NCBI RefSeq assembly: GCF_001194135.2
Contig: NC_069005.1
Span: 1,278,224-1,342,223, forward strand
Direction: 5' to 3'
Source: Octopus bimaculoides
Taxonomy: Eukaryota
Length of the DNA: 64,000 nucleotides
A program made the translations under genes and the position numbers. The notes below the pieces were generated by a model, which was not told the origin of the DNA, ran no database searches, and saw only the letters and a program-made list of their open reading frames with translations. Shown one piece after another: positions 1 to 12,816 of the stretch (positions are counted from its first letter, which is position 1; the number at the start of each line of letters is the position of its first letter).

Positions 1-671
1 GAATGTATTAAAATGCGTCACAGGTTTTTGAATTCTAATATCCAAAGTTAATTAAAATACCAGTGTTGTCTCTTCCTGTTTAATTTTTTCTTTCACCAGA
101 ATTATTCAATAAGAAAATGATTTTTGTCACCTTCAGGTTGTAGTTTTAATTAATAAACATTTTTTAGGCTGACTACATTAAACATGGTCATACCTACTAC
201 AAATATTTTGCTGTGTCTCCTTGGGTACTACACTTAATTTCACATGTTTTACTTTACATAACCTCAGCTCACCTTAGCAAGTAATGGTACTTATACTGCA
301 GTGATGCAGTATTAGTACTAAGTTACAAGGTTCTGTGTTCAAACCCAGGGTGCTGTGTCTTGGGAAAGTGTTCTGTTGTGGTTACCCCCAATTTTTTGTG
401 AGTAATATTTAGGAGATAAAAAAACTATCTGCAAGTTCATATGTGTGCGAAGGTACTTAGTGAGTTACACTTGCAGTTATGGGTCAATGGTTTCAATTCC
501 TGGACTGGGCGTTGTGTTTTATTCATGAGCAAAATATTTAATTTCTTGTTCCAGTCTACTCAGCTGAAGATTTGGACCAGCAATAGATGGGAGATTAACC
601 CTTTGACAGACTGGTGTCTCATTCAGTGTGTGCATGTGTCTATATATAATGCATATATATTTATTTCTTTG

Positions 672-858
672 GCACATAAAAAGCACCCACTACACTCTCT
701 GAGTGGTTGGCGTTAGGAAGGGCATCCAGCTGTAGAAACTCTGCCAAATCAGATTGGAGCCTGGTGTAGCCATCTGGTTTCACCAGTCCTCAGTCAAATC
801 GTCCAACCCATGCTAGCATGGAAAGCGGACTTTAAACGACGATGATGATGATGATGAT
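672..858 (-). mobile_element. High-copy retroposon segment with (CAT)n end (CATCATCGTTTAACGTCCGCTTTCCATGC…), representative copy
   Basis: Near-identical copies at 42880, 46880 and 50660; diverged copies at ~21900, 34850, 35100, 40140, 47520 and 58390. Confidence 0.9.
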
Positions 859-1105
859 ACAAAAATAAGAGGAATGACCAGCAAAAGTGGATTCCTATAT
901 GCTAGAAATAGATGCCGAATCATCTAACCATGAAAAAATATGTTCTCAGTAAAAAATTAGCGACACAACAGACTGTAAAAGGGCAAGACAGTCTGTTTTG
1001 TCGCTAATTTTTTACTGAGAACATTTTTTCGTGGTTAGATGATTCGGCATCTATTTCTAGCATATAGGAGTCCACTTTTGCTGGTCATTCCTCTTATTTT
1101 TGTAT
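857..1105. repeat. Fold-back palindrome, ~119-bp arms, 11-nt loop
   Basis: 857-976 is the near-perfect reverse complement of 988-1105, with TA at both outer ends. Confidence 0.95.
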
Positions 1106-1192
1106 GTAATATAATTTTAATCTTCGGATTTTTTTTAATATGCTAGACCACTGGTTTTAATTGATTAATATCAATTTCTACCCTTATTAATA

Positions 1193-1236
<44 letters not shown>

Positions 1237-2919
1237 GAATAGGGATTTCAAATCCAGGTAGCATTCTGTTACAATCCATTCTTGGCTAACTACTCTGAAT
1301 ATCTGGAAACATTTAGAATCCTTTATTCTGAACAGGTTTTTTGATTGGTAAATATTGGGTTTGTTTTGAAGAATTCCAAGTAGAATTCCAGAAAATATTA
1401 GACAGATATAATAAAGAATGGAGAATTATACATCTTTAGAATTTTTTAAATGAATTTTTCTTTTCAGCATTTTAAATTCCAGGCCTTGTGCCTGTAGCAG
1501 AAAATGCGAAAAAAATTCTAAAAATGTATGATTCTTCTTTATATGTGTGCATGTGTGTATACGTATGTGTACATATATATATATATATAGCAACTTCTCT
1601 TTTTGTTGGACCAACACCAGTCTCTTTGGAGTCTGTCAGAGTGTGTGTGGGTGGGTGTGGGTGAGAGAGAGAGAGAGAGAGCCTGAATACGTTTCTGTCT
1701 CCTCGTCTCCACATCTGGTAACAGCCGTGCACTTCCAATCAGCATCATTTCCCATCTCACATGTCGTTGCTTGCAGGGGTTGGACAGTTTGATTGCGTCC
1801 GATAGGTCTAAGGACTACATCGCGCTTTAGGGGCTATATGACCCCCTGGGACGGGGAGGGGGTCACACTAGCAAGATAATAAATCAGGGGTCCACATTTA
1901 GTATTTTAAATATCCACGAGAAGTTTTGACTTAAATGTGTGTATTACAAGAAACAGCTAGGTTTCTTTCTAAAACGTTTTACGTAATTCCGCTTATTACG
2001 AGAGAATAACAAAATAGGAACTTCGAAAGACATCATAAGAATAAACGTTATTATGACTCCCTCATGGACACACACGCACACACATACACTACCACCACCA
2101 CCACCACTACCACTACTACTATTACTACTAGTAATAATGATAATAAAACTAATTTCTTTTATTAGCCACAGGGGCATAGATGAGGGGAACATCACAAAGA
2201 CAACAAATTTACATAAAAGATGAGGAGAAAGAAATGGAAAAAGCATAAATGATATGTGATAACGTGTGTGATATGGTCCGCCTGATAAGGGATAAACTCC
2301 AGCTAGGGCCAATCAGGGAACCCCACAGATCCAGGATTACCATGACCACCGATGCTTTCTTTATTCAAAGATTCGCAAAAATATTGGAGATGATGCAGGA
2401 CAATACATTATAGGATTACGTAAAAATTAAATTAATGGACCCTGTCGAACAGGGGTACACAAGGTTAGCAATATTCAGAGGGCGGCTAACAATCGATTAA
2501 ATAGACTTTGTTATTTAACTGTATTTTATTTTATTAACCCCCAGAATAAAAAGACAAATCTGACAATCGAGGCTGAACTTGGCAGGGTTTGAACTCAGAA
2601 CGGTATCAGTTTTACTAAATCGGATTTCTTACGTTCAGGGTTCAAATTCCGCCGAAGTCGACTTTGCCTTTCATCTCTTCCAGGGTCGATAAAATAAGTA
2701 GCAGTTGAGCAACTAGGCCGATATAATCGACGAGATCCACCCCCAGAATAGTTCAGGCCTTGTGCCTATATTAGAAAGAACTATTTACTAAAGCGAGGCA
2801 AATGGATCAACAGACTTCATTCAGTGAACAACATAATACGAAGAGAAATAAAAATTCCTTGTAGTACATCCGACCTTTTTAGGCTCCAAGTTTCATAATC
2901 CTGTTAAAGTATAATTTTG

Positions 2920-3116
2920 TCAAATAACATTTCGGGGTTGCACCGGTTGGTGGAATATTGGGGCGGTTTTAGTTGGTTGTAACACTTCTTTCCCACAAAA
3001 GCTGGGTGTCTTTCTGCCAAAGTTATTAAACAAGTCACCGACTTGTTTAATAACATCATTATGGAAGTCGACACTCGGAGAGTCTGTGTAATCGGTCCAA
3101 GTTCTAGAAATAGCAA
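2920..3116 (-). CDS. Possible exon, phase 1, AISRTWTDYTDSPSVDFHNDVIKQVGDLFNNFGRKTPSFCGKEVLQPTKTAPIFHQPVQPRNVI*
   Basis: 64 open codons of balanced composition in non-repetitive-looking sequence after gatttag|. No family recognised. Confidence 0.3.
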
Positions 3117-3172
3117 CTAAATCACTGTTTTATGTAAGGAAAGGGCACGTGTATATGCACAATGTATTTTAA

Positions 3173-3261
<89 letters not shown>

Positions 3262-5887
3262 CACTCACTTCTAAACTCCCAGATTACTATCATAATTATA
3301 TACATATGTAAAATACATTTGACTGTTTTAGTCAAATGAATTGATAGGCCCACACAAAGGTACATCTTTTTTCTCTCAAATGAAATTAAACTCATGTCAC
3401 ATAAATATAAATTTAATGTAATTTAATTTGTAATTAAATTATTGAGTATTAATTGAAACGGCTGTAAGAAGCGAAGCTGACCAATTTGTTAATAATAAAT
3501 AATTGTTAACTTCCTTATCTCCATTTAACTGGATATAAACTATATACTTAATATATATCTATTGTTTTAAGGGAATTTCATTCCCCCCAAAATACTAGGT
3601 ATTGAACCAGTATTTCCTTGGATGCAGCCATCCCTTCCCGAGGTTAACATATCCTCTAATTAAATCTATATATGTATATATATCGTTTGTAAAAAACATA
3701 AATCCGAAAGGAGATGCACACTCTAAGATGTAGAGCACTATATATTCCTCATTTATATATATATATATATATATATACACAAACACACACACACACACGC
3801 ACGTAGAGTTTATATATTTATAGCCAGATGCATTTAAACGTACACACAGATGTCTTAGAGGGTGATATATATATATATANNNNNNNNNNNNNNNNNNNNN
3901 NNNNNNNNNNNNNNNNNNNNNNNNNNNNNNNNNNNNNNNNNNNNNNNNNNNNNNNNNNNNNNNNNNNNNNNNNNNNNNNNNNNNNNNNNNNNNNNNNNNN
4001 NNNNNNNNNNNNNNNNNNNNNNNNNNNNNNNNNNNNNNNNNNNNNNNNNNNNNNNNNNNNNNNNNNNNNNNNNNNNNNNNNNNNNNNNNNNNNNNNNNNN
4101 NNNNNNNNNNNNNNNNNNNNNNNNNNNNNNNNNNNNNNNNNNNNNNNNNNNNNNNNNNNNNNNNNNNNNNNNNNNNNNNNNNNNNNNNNNNNNNNNNNNN
4201 NNNNNNNNNNNNNNNNNNNNNNNNNNNNNNNNNNNNNNNNNNNNNNNNNNNNNNNNNNNNNNNNNNNNNNNNNNNNNNNNNNNNNNNNNNNNNNNNNNNN
4301 NNNNNNNNNNNNNNNNNNNNNNNNNNNNNNNNNNNNNNNNNNNNNNNNNNNNNNNNNNNNNNNNNNNNNNNNNNNNNNNNNNNNNNNNNNNNNNNNNNNN
4401 NNNNNNNNNNNATATATACATACCCTGTCACAAATGGTCGCTGATTGCAGGTTTGCCAAGACGTGATTATATGTACAAAATAAGAGATACTCAACAGGAA
4501 GAACCTGTATTAATTTCCCCCATTTTCAGTCTGGGCGGCACGGCAGCAGAAATAATATGAGTGAGCCAAATAGTTTTCCAACAAGGAGCCTCTATGTGAG
4601 AGTTACCTGACACGCTAGAAATAGCAGCTAATTCTTCTTCACCACCACCAGCAGACATGGCTGAGTGGTTGAAAAGTTCGCTTCGAAAACGCGTAGTTTC
4701 GGTTTCACTCCCAGTCAATGACTGCTCGAACAAGTGGTTTTTTTCTTCTTTTTTTCTTGTGTGTGTGTCTGTGTGTTTATCCTCCAACCGCTTGACAGTG
4801 CTGGTTTGTTCACATCCCTGTCACTAAGTTAGCCGTTTTGCCAAAAGAAACCAAGCACCAGACTTTAAAATAAGTACTGTGGTTGATTTGTTGGACTAAA
4901 CTCGATATGGTGGTGCCCCAGCATGACCACAGTCCAGTGCATGAAACAAATAAACAAGTAAATAAAAGTGATGGTCCAGGTTGGTATGCCTCTGATCGTA
5001 TATCTGCCCAATCAATGAGACCATACTTAGGGTTAAAACACTTTGAACAAATAATTTCTAGTAATTTCAGTCCAACTTGAGTTCTGAGTTCACTTTGAAA
5101 ATCATCACCATCACCATCATCATCGTCGTTTTAACGTCTACTTTTCCATGCTTGCATAGGTTAGACAAATTTTTTGAGGCAGATTTTTTTTTTTTTACGG
5201 CTGGATGCCCTTCCTGTGGCCAACCCTTACCTGTTTCCACACAAGGTAACATTTCTCCCCATGGCCAGACACGTTTCATGGAAGATTTGAAACAAAGAGC
5301 ACCGCTTGTATGATGGTGACACTCATTTACAGCTGTCATGTGATGTAAAGGCAAGGAGACCGTAACACAACACACACACACGTGCATATACTTATATATA
5401 TATATATATATAGATATGCATGCATACATACACACACACACACACACACACACATACTAGGGGCCGGCACACAGTTTCCCCTCTATGAAATCCTTGCAAG
5501 GCTTTGGTCAGCCCAAGGAGGGTATAGTAGAAGACACTTGCCCAAGTGGGACTAAACGCAGAACCATGTGGGTGGAAAGCTTGCTGTGCTGGTACTGCAT
5601 AAAAGCCCCATGTGCCATTGGTGCATAAAAGGCACTTAGTATGCTCTGTAAAAAAAAAATGGAGTCTAGTGTAGCTCTCCTGCCTTGGCAGCTCCTGTCA
5701 ACTGTCCAACCCATGACAGCATGAAAAAGATGTCAAATGATGATGAGCTACACCTGGATATTAAAATGAATACCCATTGAAAATCAATTTAATTCTGAAT
5801 TTGAATTGTTAATACTGAATTTAATGTTGTAATTTTGTGTCAATCAATAACATGCATTATTCTCTCAATCAATATCACTCATCATTA

Positions 5888-6050
5888 AGGTGGCGAGCTG
5901 GCAGAATCGTTAGCACGCTGGGTGAAATGCTTGGTGGTATTTCGTCTGCTGTTACGTTCTTAGTTCAAATTCCACCGACATTGCCTTTTATTCTTTCAGG
6001 GTTGATTAAATAAGTACCAGTTACGCACTGGGGTTGATGTAATCGACTTA
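5888..6050 (+). mobile_element. tRNA-derived SINE family 2 (GGCGAGCTGGCAGAATCGTTAGCAC…), with a Deu/Nin-like core, representative copy
   Basis: Core GACTTTGCCTTTCATCCTTTCGGGGTCGATAAA…GTACC is seen best in other copies. Copies at ~2635, 6300, 25290, 28220, 30100, 32840, 33200, 38580 and 38850. The domain name is from memory. Confidence 0.85.
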
Positions 6051-6620
6051 ATCTCTTTGAATGGAAGCATGCCAGATATGAGAGCCTTCCGAGGGTAAAG
6101 GAACAATAAGAAGAGTGCGACTGTTATCGAATGAACAATATTTCGACACTTTGTGTGTCTTCCACAACTTCAAAATAATCAGCTCAATCCGCTTTATTTT
6201 GGTAATATTTAAGGATTCGATAACAGTCGCACTCTTCTTATTGTAATCATCATCATCAATAATAATAATAATGGTTTCAAATTTTGCCTCAAGGGCAGCA
6301 ATTTTGGGGGAGGGGGTGAGTCGATTACATTGACCCCCAGTGTTCAACTGGTATTTATTTCATCGACCCTAAAAGGATGAAAGGCAAAGTCAATCTCGGC
6401 AGAATTTGAACTTAGAATGTAAGGACAGACGAAATACCACAAAGCATTTTGCCCCGTGTAAACAAATGTCACAAAGTCACCTTCATTAGTTTACAGCCAT
6501 TACAGTTGTAATAAGGAATTGTGCCGCCAGAGGAGGGGGCAGAGTTGCCTATAGCTGAAACAACTGTAAGCCGATGAAGGTGATTACACAAGTCCTGTTC
6601 TTTTGCCATTCATTTATCAA

Positions 6621-6684
6621 TTAACATTGCACTCTGTGTTTATCTTCTGATGCGGAGCTGAGGCTGTCCGTGAATTCAAACCAC
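6621..6684 (-). CDS. Candidate terminal coding exon (phase 2), WFEFTDSLSSASEDKHRVQC*
   Basis: Acceptor gttactaatgtctggttgtgag| with a TACTAAT branch-like motif; stop TAA at 6621-6623; phase matches exon 7673-7776. Confidence 0.4.
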
Positions 6685-6769
6685 CTCACAACCAGACATT
6701 AGTAACAGTTGCCATTATAAGTAAACTGTGTCCTGACATTTGGTCATCGGTCCAGCTATGGCAAAGTGA

Positions 6770-7140
6770 GATTATAATACCATCCAGCCACCCAGCCATT
6801 CATCTTTGCCCGCTATTCCTGGGAGAGTCATGGAAGGGGAGTCCTCATGTACCTTCTCCATAAGGTCCCATCAGAGGCAACTGTCGTCAGACTTTCCAGC
6901 TGGATACCCAGGTGTGACCAACTGAGGCTTTTGGATATTATCTAATCATCTTGTTCTTCTTGTTCCTGTTCTATCTCTAGGTCTCCTGCCAGTTGGCTCA
7001 GTTTGAAGAATTTGTTTTGCAGTTCTTTTTCCTGCAACATTCTAATCCCACATCTGTGATACCAGAGCTGGGGCCTTTCAGTGCAGAGAAGTGATGGTTC
7101 AACCTGATCTCCGAGCTGTGCACCCTGCTGAGTAACATAA
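6770..7140 (-). mobile_element. RTE-type LINE 3' fragment
   Basis: Minus-strand remnants TGRRPRDR…TR*LDNI and LESLTTVASDGTLWRRYMR match the G.R.RGRP..RW.D.I and A.DR..WR motifs of the RTE ORF C-terminus. Confidence 0.6.
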
Positions 7141-7672
7141 TATTAAAAACAATGTAATATTAATTATGTAATTTTATGATGAACGGCTCATTAGTCACAA
7201 TCACAACATTAATAGTAATAACAAACAGACTGCAACACGTGAAAAAAGTAAATAAACAAAACAAGTTTGGTAGAAACATGTCTGAGCAGTTAAGAAGTTT
7301 GCTTTTCAACCATGGGGTTCTGGGTTCAGTCCTGCTGCATGGTACCCTTCATTAAGTGTCTGCTACTGTAGCCCCAGGCCAACCAATGCCTTTGCAGTGG
7401 AATTGGTTCATGAAACTAAACAAAAGCAAGTCACATGTGTGTGTGTGTGTGTGCGCGCACATGCATGCATGTGTATATGTGTGTGTGTGTGTCGTTATTC
7501 AGTTTAATTTCAAGATTTCTGGCCAATCGAGAAAGAGATGGTTTCTATCCCAAATCCGAGGCTCCTTCATTGGAATTTCAATAACAGCAACAGGGTATTT
7601 TTGTTTGTATGTTCTGCTTTATGTAGGTCTTCTCATGCATATAGTTGCATATCTAGACATGCTCATATATAC

Positions 7673-7776
7673 TTAAATGATAAACTTCTGGAAAGTTTTA
7701 CAGATTTTCTCAGTTCCAGTGATGGTTTGGATCTGTAGTCTTCAAATTCACTTTCGCCTTTCTGGTTTTGAGAAAC
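7673..7776 (-). CDS. Candidate internal exon (104 nt, phase 0 to 2), VSQNQKGESEFEDYRSKPSLELRKSVKLSRSLSF(K)
   Basis: Purine-rich open frame, donor AA|gtatat, weak acceptor (gagaaattag|). Phase matches exon 8040-8112. Confidence 0.45.
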
Positions 7777-8039
7777 CTAATTTCTCTAAGTATGTATAAT
7801 TTGTGTTGCACAAGCATTTATTACTATAATCTACTGACAAACAGATGTCTCTTTATAGGTGACCTCATTTTGTCGTTCCATCTACTGAAATTGTTACGGA
7901 TTGAAAGAGTGGTGATGTGTGCAAACCTAACCAGTAAGACATTTGATAGTCAAAGTCGTTTGAAACTATGACTGGGTAACTTCTTATCTCACGGAGTGAC
8001 CTGATCGGTCTGATGGAAGGTGTAACTTTTGTTTGTTAC

Positions 8040-8112
8040 CTGTTTCAAACTGTGCAGATCTACAGCAAGACTGAAGTTATCTGAGAGGTCATGGACAGAG
8101 AAGTCAGAAGTG
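8040..8112 (-). CDS. Candidate internal exon (73 nt, phase 2 to 0), TSDFSVHDLSDNFSLAVDLHSLKQ
   Basis: Pyrimidine-rich acceptor (gctgtctccttgtgctttgtcattggcaatag|), donor CAG|gtaaca. The other two frames contain stops. It could instead read through as a terminal exon (…KQVTNKSYTFHQTDQVTP*). Confidence 0.55.
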
Positions 8113-8156
8113 CTATTGCCAATGACAAAGCACAAGGAGACAGCAGTCGTTGTGTC

Positions 8157-8193
<37 letters not shown>

Positions 8194-8633
8194 CTTGTTC
8201 ATCTTAACATCATGTGGTAATTGTAAACAAGTGTCACCATCTCACAAGCAGTGTCATGCCCTTCCAATCTTCCATGTGAAACACGTTTGGTCCATGAGGC
8301 AACATTACCTTGATTGGGAACAGGTGACAACAGGTGACAGCTGACGACAGGTAAGACTGCCGGTCATAGCAGAATCTTGCTTCAACAAATTCCATTCAAC
8401 AGGTGAAAGTTTGGCAAAGTGGACTTTCAAGTGACGATGATGATAATGATGATGATTATGATGCTGTATACATATGCACACACTGACATTTGTATGAGTG
8501 TAGCTGCAGACAGACAGCAGAAACGACTGAAGAACAAAACTGCACAAGCAAAGACAGCTGTGAATTCACTGGTTGGGGTTAAATCAACTCATTTTGTATG
8601 TAAATAAATACACATGCACTTGTGCATGTGTAT

Positions 8634-8664
<31 letters not shown>

Positions 8665-8790
8665 AATGAGTCAGAGTGACCAGCAGCATGTATTTGGACA
8701 AAGACAAATAAAGGTATATCAAATAACATACAAGATTGAATTCTTGATGAACAGAAATTGTCTCCACTCCCAGAGAGAGAGTGGATTTAC

Positions 8791-8854
8791 TCCTCGATGG
8801 CAGCTGGTAGCAACTCCGAACAAGAAGATGGGATAATCTCAAGATTTACAAATT
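8791..8854 (-). CDS. Candidate internal exon (64 nt, phase 1 to 2), (E)FVNLEIIPSSCSELLPAAIE(D)
   Basis: Acceptor tactgacatgtctgttttgaag| with a CTGAC branch-like motif, donor GA|gtaaat. Only this frame is open from that acceptor, and the phases chain with both neighbours. Confidence 0.55.
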
Positions 8855-9257
8855 CTTCAAAACAGACATGTCAGTAAGTAAAAAGTGGTGTGATTGCCTG
8901 AGGAGTGGATATGGCCAATGGAACTAGATTTATTTCTTATGTTGAAGGGATTAAGTGATGCTATAATTATAGCTTAAATTGACTTATTTCATATTTATAT
9001 GTTAGTATCAATCTGCAGTATATCCTATGTAAGTATAATGCACGTTATTGTGTTTATTTCTCACCAAAATCCCTGAGCAGCCGTAAAGGATTACCATGGA
9101 TTTTTTTGGCGTCTCAACAGTGTTTCTGCTGATGTAACATCTGGACATCTCTCTGTGAAGGCTAGTTTCTTCATTCGGCTTCACTTCATTTTTCTTCATA
9201 TTTGTGTATCTTAGGTTTTCATAGTATAAACAACTGCTCATGTATCTCTCTCTCTCA

Positions 9258-9295
<38 letters not shown>

Positions 9296-9789
9296 ATCAT
9301 GTGACCGACCAGGCAATCAAATGCTGCTACACACTGCTGGTCACAATGTGCTTTGCATTGTTTTAGCCTTTGAATGACGCCACCCCGCTGATTAAGCGAA
9401 CAGGAAGAAAGAGTGAGAGATAATTGTGGTGAAAGGGTACAGCAGGGTACAAACGGCTCGCAGATAATTCGCTTTCCTTGAATTATTTTGGAAACTTCAG
9501 CCCTGCCCTTCCTATTGTCAGATATGTCTACTACTACATCAGCACAGTAGAGATAAGAATTCTTATTTTCACACCATTATTTAATGACCAATGAAAGGGT
9601 TTGCCTCCTAATTTTGGACTTACAACCTTGTTCAGTAACAAAGCATTTTTTCTACTTTAAAAATTGTTTGAATATCACTTTGTATAAAATGAACAATTTT
9701 TCATTTATGACTCCATATTAAGTTGTGGACCCATATCTTGATCGATCTCTGTCTCGCTGTGGTTAATGAAAATATTACTCCAATTTTCT

Positions 9790-12680
9790 TTTCACTGAGG
9801 TCTAGGCCCCAAGAGGAATGGCAATGTCTTCAAGGAAGTACTTAAGCGGATACCAGAAACGCCAACTCAAGGAAAAGCATTCTAACGAAATTTCTAAATG
9901 TCAAAAACTATCAAACTATTTTACAATGTCAAGTAAAAGTTTGTCATCACTTACAACTGAAACAAGCCATGCATGCACCAGTGAAGTCAATGACAGGACA
10001 CAAACCATGAATGCTCTGTTTAGCAATAATCAACATACTGCTGACACTTTTGGTGCAGATGATGATCAAAGTGGTCAAGAATTTCGAGAAAAGAGAGACC
10101 AGAAACAGGAAACAGGAAGCAAATTTAGTGATTTCAAAGAATACAGTCTGACCTGACAAGCTGGCCTGTAACAATTAATAAGGATTTCATAGAAAACTGT
10201 TTAATGCAAGACATCAGTTTTTTGCAAAATAAAAAACCAGATAATGTATATATTGAATCCAACAAGATTTACAAACAACAAAATTGAAGTTTCTCAAACA
10301 AGTATTTTGAAAAAAATGATTGAAAAATGGTCAGACTGTGATGAGATCCTGGTTAGTTTACTCAAAGAGCAAACTCTTTTCTAAATGCCAAATATCACTT
10401 ACAACAGGTGGGTTTTCTGATTGGATGAATATACTCAGAACTCTAGAAAATCATGAAGACAGCATGGAACATAACAGGGCGATGTTGAGCTGGCTAACAC
10501 GAGTGTCAAATAAAAACACTGTGGATCAGCAACTTGCGGAAGAGTTGAGAAAAAAACATGGAGTACTGTTTTGAAGAACTAAAAAGAGTTGTAGCAGTTA
10601 TAAAGTTTTTAAGTGCAAGAGGTTTAGCATTTAGAGGTCAATGAGGAAAAGTGGGGCTCTCCAAACAATGGAAATTTCATGAGGGTGGCCAGTGAGCCTA
10701 TTGCAGAGTTTGACCCATTTTTGCGCGAACATTTAGAGAAATGTAAAGATGGAAAAGTAAATATTATTTACCTATTCAAATCTGTGTCTGAAGAATTGAT
10801 AGAAATCATGGGAAAACATGTGAAAGATGAAGTGGTGAATCAGATCAACAACCTAGACATCAAACACTACTCAATTATTGTTGACTCTACACCTGACATG
10901 CCACATGTTGACCAGCGATCAATTGGGGTTCGATACTGTCATAGTGGAAAACCCTATGAGAGATTTTTAGCATTTTTGCCAAGAGAAAATCATTCAGCCA
11001 TGATCTTCTACAAAATAACAATTTATGGGGGAGCATAAGCTTTCACTTGAAAATATCCATGGTCAGTCATACGATAATGCTTCCAACATGAAGGGCTCAG
11101 AGAAAGGGCTGCAAGCACTTCTTAGCAACATTAATAGGTATGCAGACTATGTACCATGTGCAAGCCATTCACTCAACCCTGTTTGGTAAAAGGCAGTGTC
11201 TACTATACCTGAAGTTGTTGACTATTTTGGCCTTTTGCAGCAGCTGTAGGTTTTCTTTTCAGAATCTCCTCAAAGATGGGGGATTTTGAACACACAGGGC
11301 AATCTAGCCTTTTCTCTAAAGAGCCTGAGTGTAACTAAATGGTCTTCACACTATGAAGCAGTCTGGGCAATTAAAAATGGATATAAGGATATTTTACAAA
11401 CTCTCAAACATGTTTGAAGACTCAGAAGAGAAGCCTGAAGAGAAGTGAGATGCAAAGAATTTATACCCCAAGATGGTAAAATTGGAATATGCTGTTTTAA
11501 CAGTTGTTTGAGAAGAACTTATGGAGCGTTTTAACAAAACAAGTAAGAAACTCCAAACCCTTGGTTCTGATGTATTTGAAGGTTACTGTCTGCTAGCATC
11601 TTTGCTTTCATTTGTTAAAGAACTACAAGAAAATTCAGCCAACAGGATTTCATCCTATGAATCAGTAGCAAAAGGTTCATGTGAATACATCACCTCAAAT
11701 AATTCTGCTGTTTCCAAAGACATTGTTACAAAGAAATTTGCAGATGAAACATGTGATGGGGTTTCTTTGAAAGGGGTTTAAAAATTTAGGATAGAAGTTC
11801 TAAATCAAGTCTATGACTGCTTGATAATCCAGTTGAGCAAGAGGATGTACCCAAATGAGCAGATTGCGAAAAGGTTCAACTTTCTCTCAGAATTGATGAA
11901 CAATTCAGAATTTGATGAGGACAGTATCAAACTTATAATATCGCATTACAAAGGTGATATTGACCGTGAATTAATAAACAAGTGTTATCAGTTCAAAGGG
12001 TTTTTTACACCTTAGGAAATCCCGGAACACAGAAGAAAACACATCATCTAAAATGCAATGCACAGAAGTTCTTCAGCTTATTTATGAGCAACAATTAATT
12101 GAAGTCTCCCCTAATATTACCACTGCACATAAGCTGCACTTGACAATGCCTATCACGAACTGTGAAGCAGAAAGGAGTTCCTCAAAGCTTTCCTTTGTTA
12201 AGAATAAATTTCGGTCTACCATGACTGAAATTCCTTATGCATATTGTCTCCAGAAAATGGCATTGCAAGGAAGCTGTCATGTGACAAAGTATTTTGTAAT
12301 TTTCATATGTATCTTAAAGATGCATCATGCATATATGTAATGCTTCCGTAGTTTTCAACCTCCAAAAACTCTAAATGTATAAGGCATCACCTGGAAAATA
12401 TTTGTAGTGATCTGCTATGGAACAACCACATCGACAAAGATATCGGTGATTACCCACACCTCATTTCTGGTGGAAAAAAGGGCTCATTTTCAGGCACATT
12501 TTCAAGGACTCCACATCACAACTCCACCATTTGGGCTATCAGGGCCTCAAGCTGCAGTTCCTTGCAAGGGTACAAAAATTATTTGACCCTTGTTGGATGT
12601 TACCCTACTGTTGCTGGTTGTAAAAGGGGCCTCCATAACATTTTAAGCTTCAGAGCCCCAATATTGCAGATCTGCCACTG
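9790..12680 (+). mobile_element. Decayed hAT-superfamily DNA transposon (Tip100/ZMYM1-like transposase pseudogene)
   Basis: Frameshifted ORF pieces 9818-12340 carry recognisable motifs: SRKYLSG.QKR N-terminus, GF.DW..I...LE.HE.S.EH, HYSIIVDSTPD..HVDQ.SI.VRY (RNase-H catalytic D), and LTMPITNCEAERS.SKL..VKNK.RSTM (hATC dimerisation). The right end ...agatctgccactg at 12668-12680 is TIR-like. No left TIR was found. Confidence 0.92.
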
Positions 12681-12779
12681 CCATCCATATATTTATCTAT
12701 ATATATCTATATATCCATCTATATACATATGTACATATATATCCATCTATATATATATATATATGTGTGTGTATATATA

Positions 12780-12816
<37 letters not shown>

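Noticed and set aside
168-224. Plus-strand mini-exon ADYIKHGHTYYKYFAVSPW
   Set aside because: It is short, an equally plausible minus-strand micro-exon exists, and there is no partner exon in the window.
3595-4560. Long ORFs spanning N runs (also at 14.4, 28.3, 38.1, 43.9 and 58.9 kb)
   Set aside because: Artefacts of translating assembly gaps.
7859-8873. Plus-strand exon pair 7859-7933 and 8773-8873 with good GT/AG sites and matching phase
   Set aside because: It cannot be extended convincingly on either side and overlaps the longer minus-strand chain. It is not formally excluded.
9095-9209. Minus-strand exon-like segment YTNMKKNEVKPNEETSLHREMSRCYISRNTVETPKKSM with donor ATG|gtaatc
   Set aside because: It has a weak acceptor and its phases (2 to 0) do not fit the better-supported chain 14436>8854>8112. 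It could be real only if the 14436 exon is read in another frame and splices past two exons.
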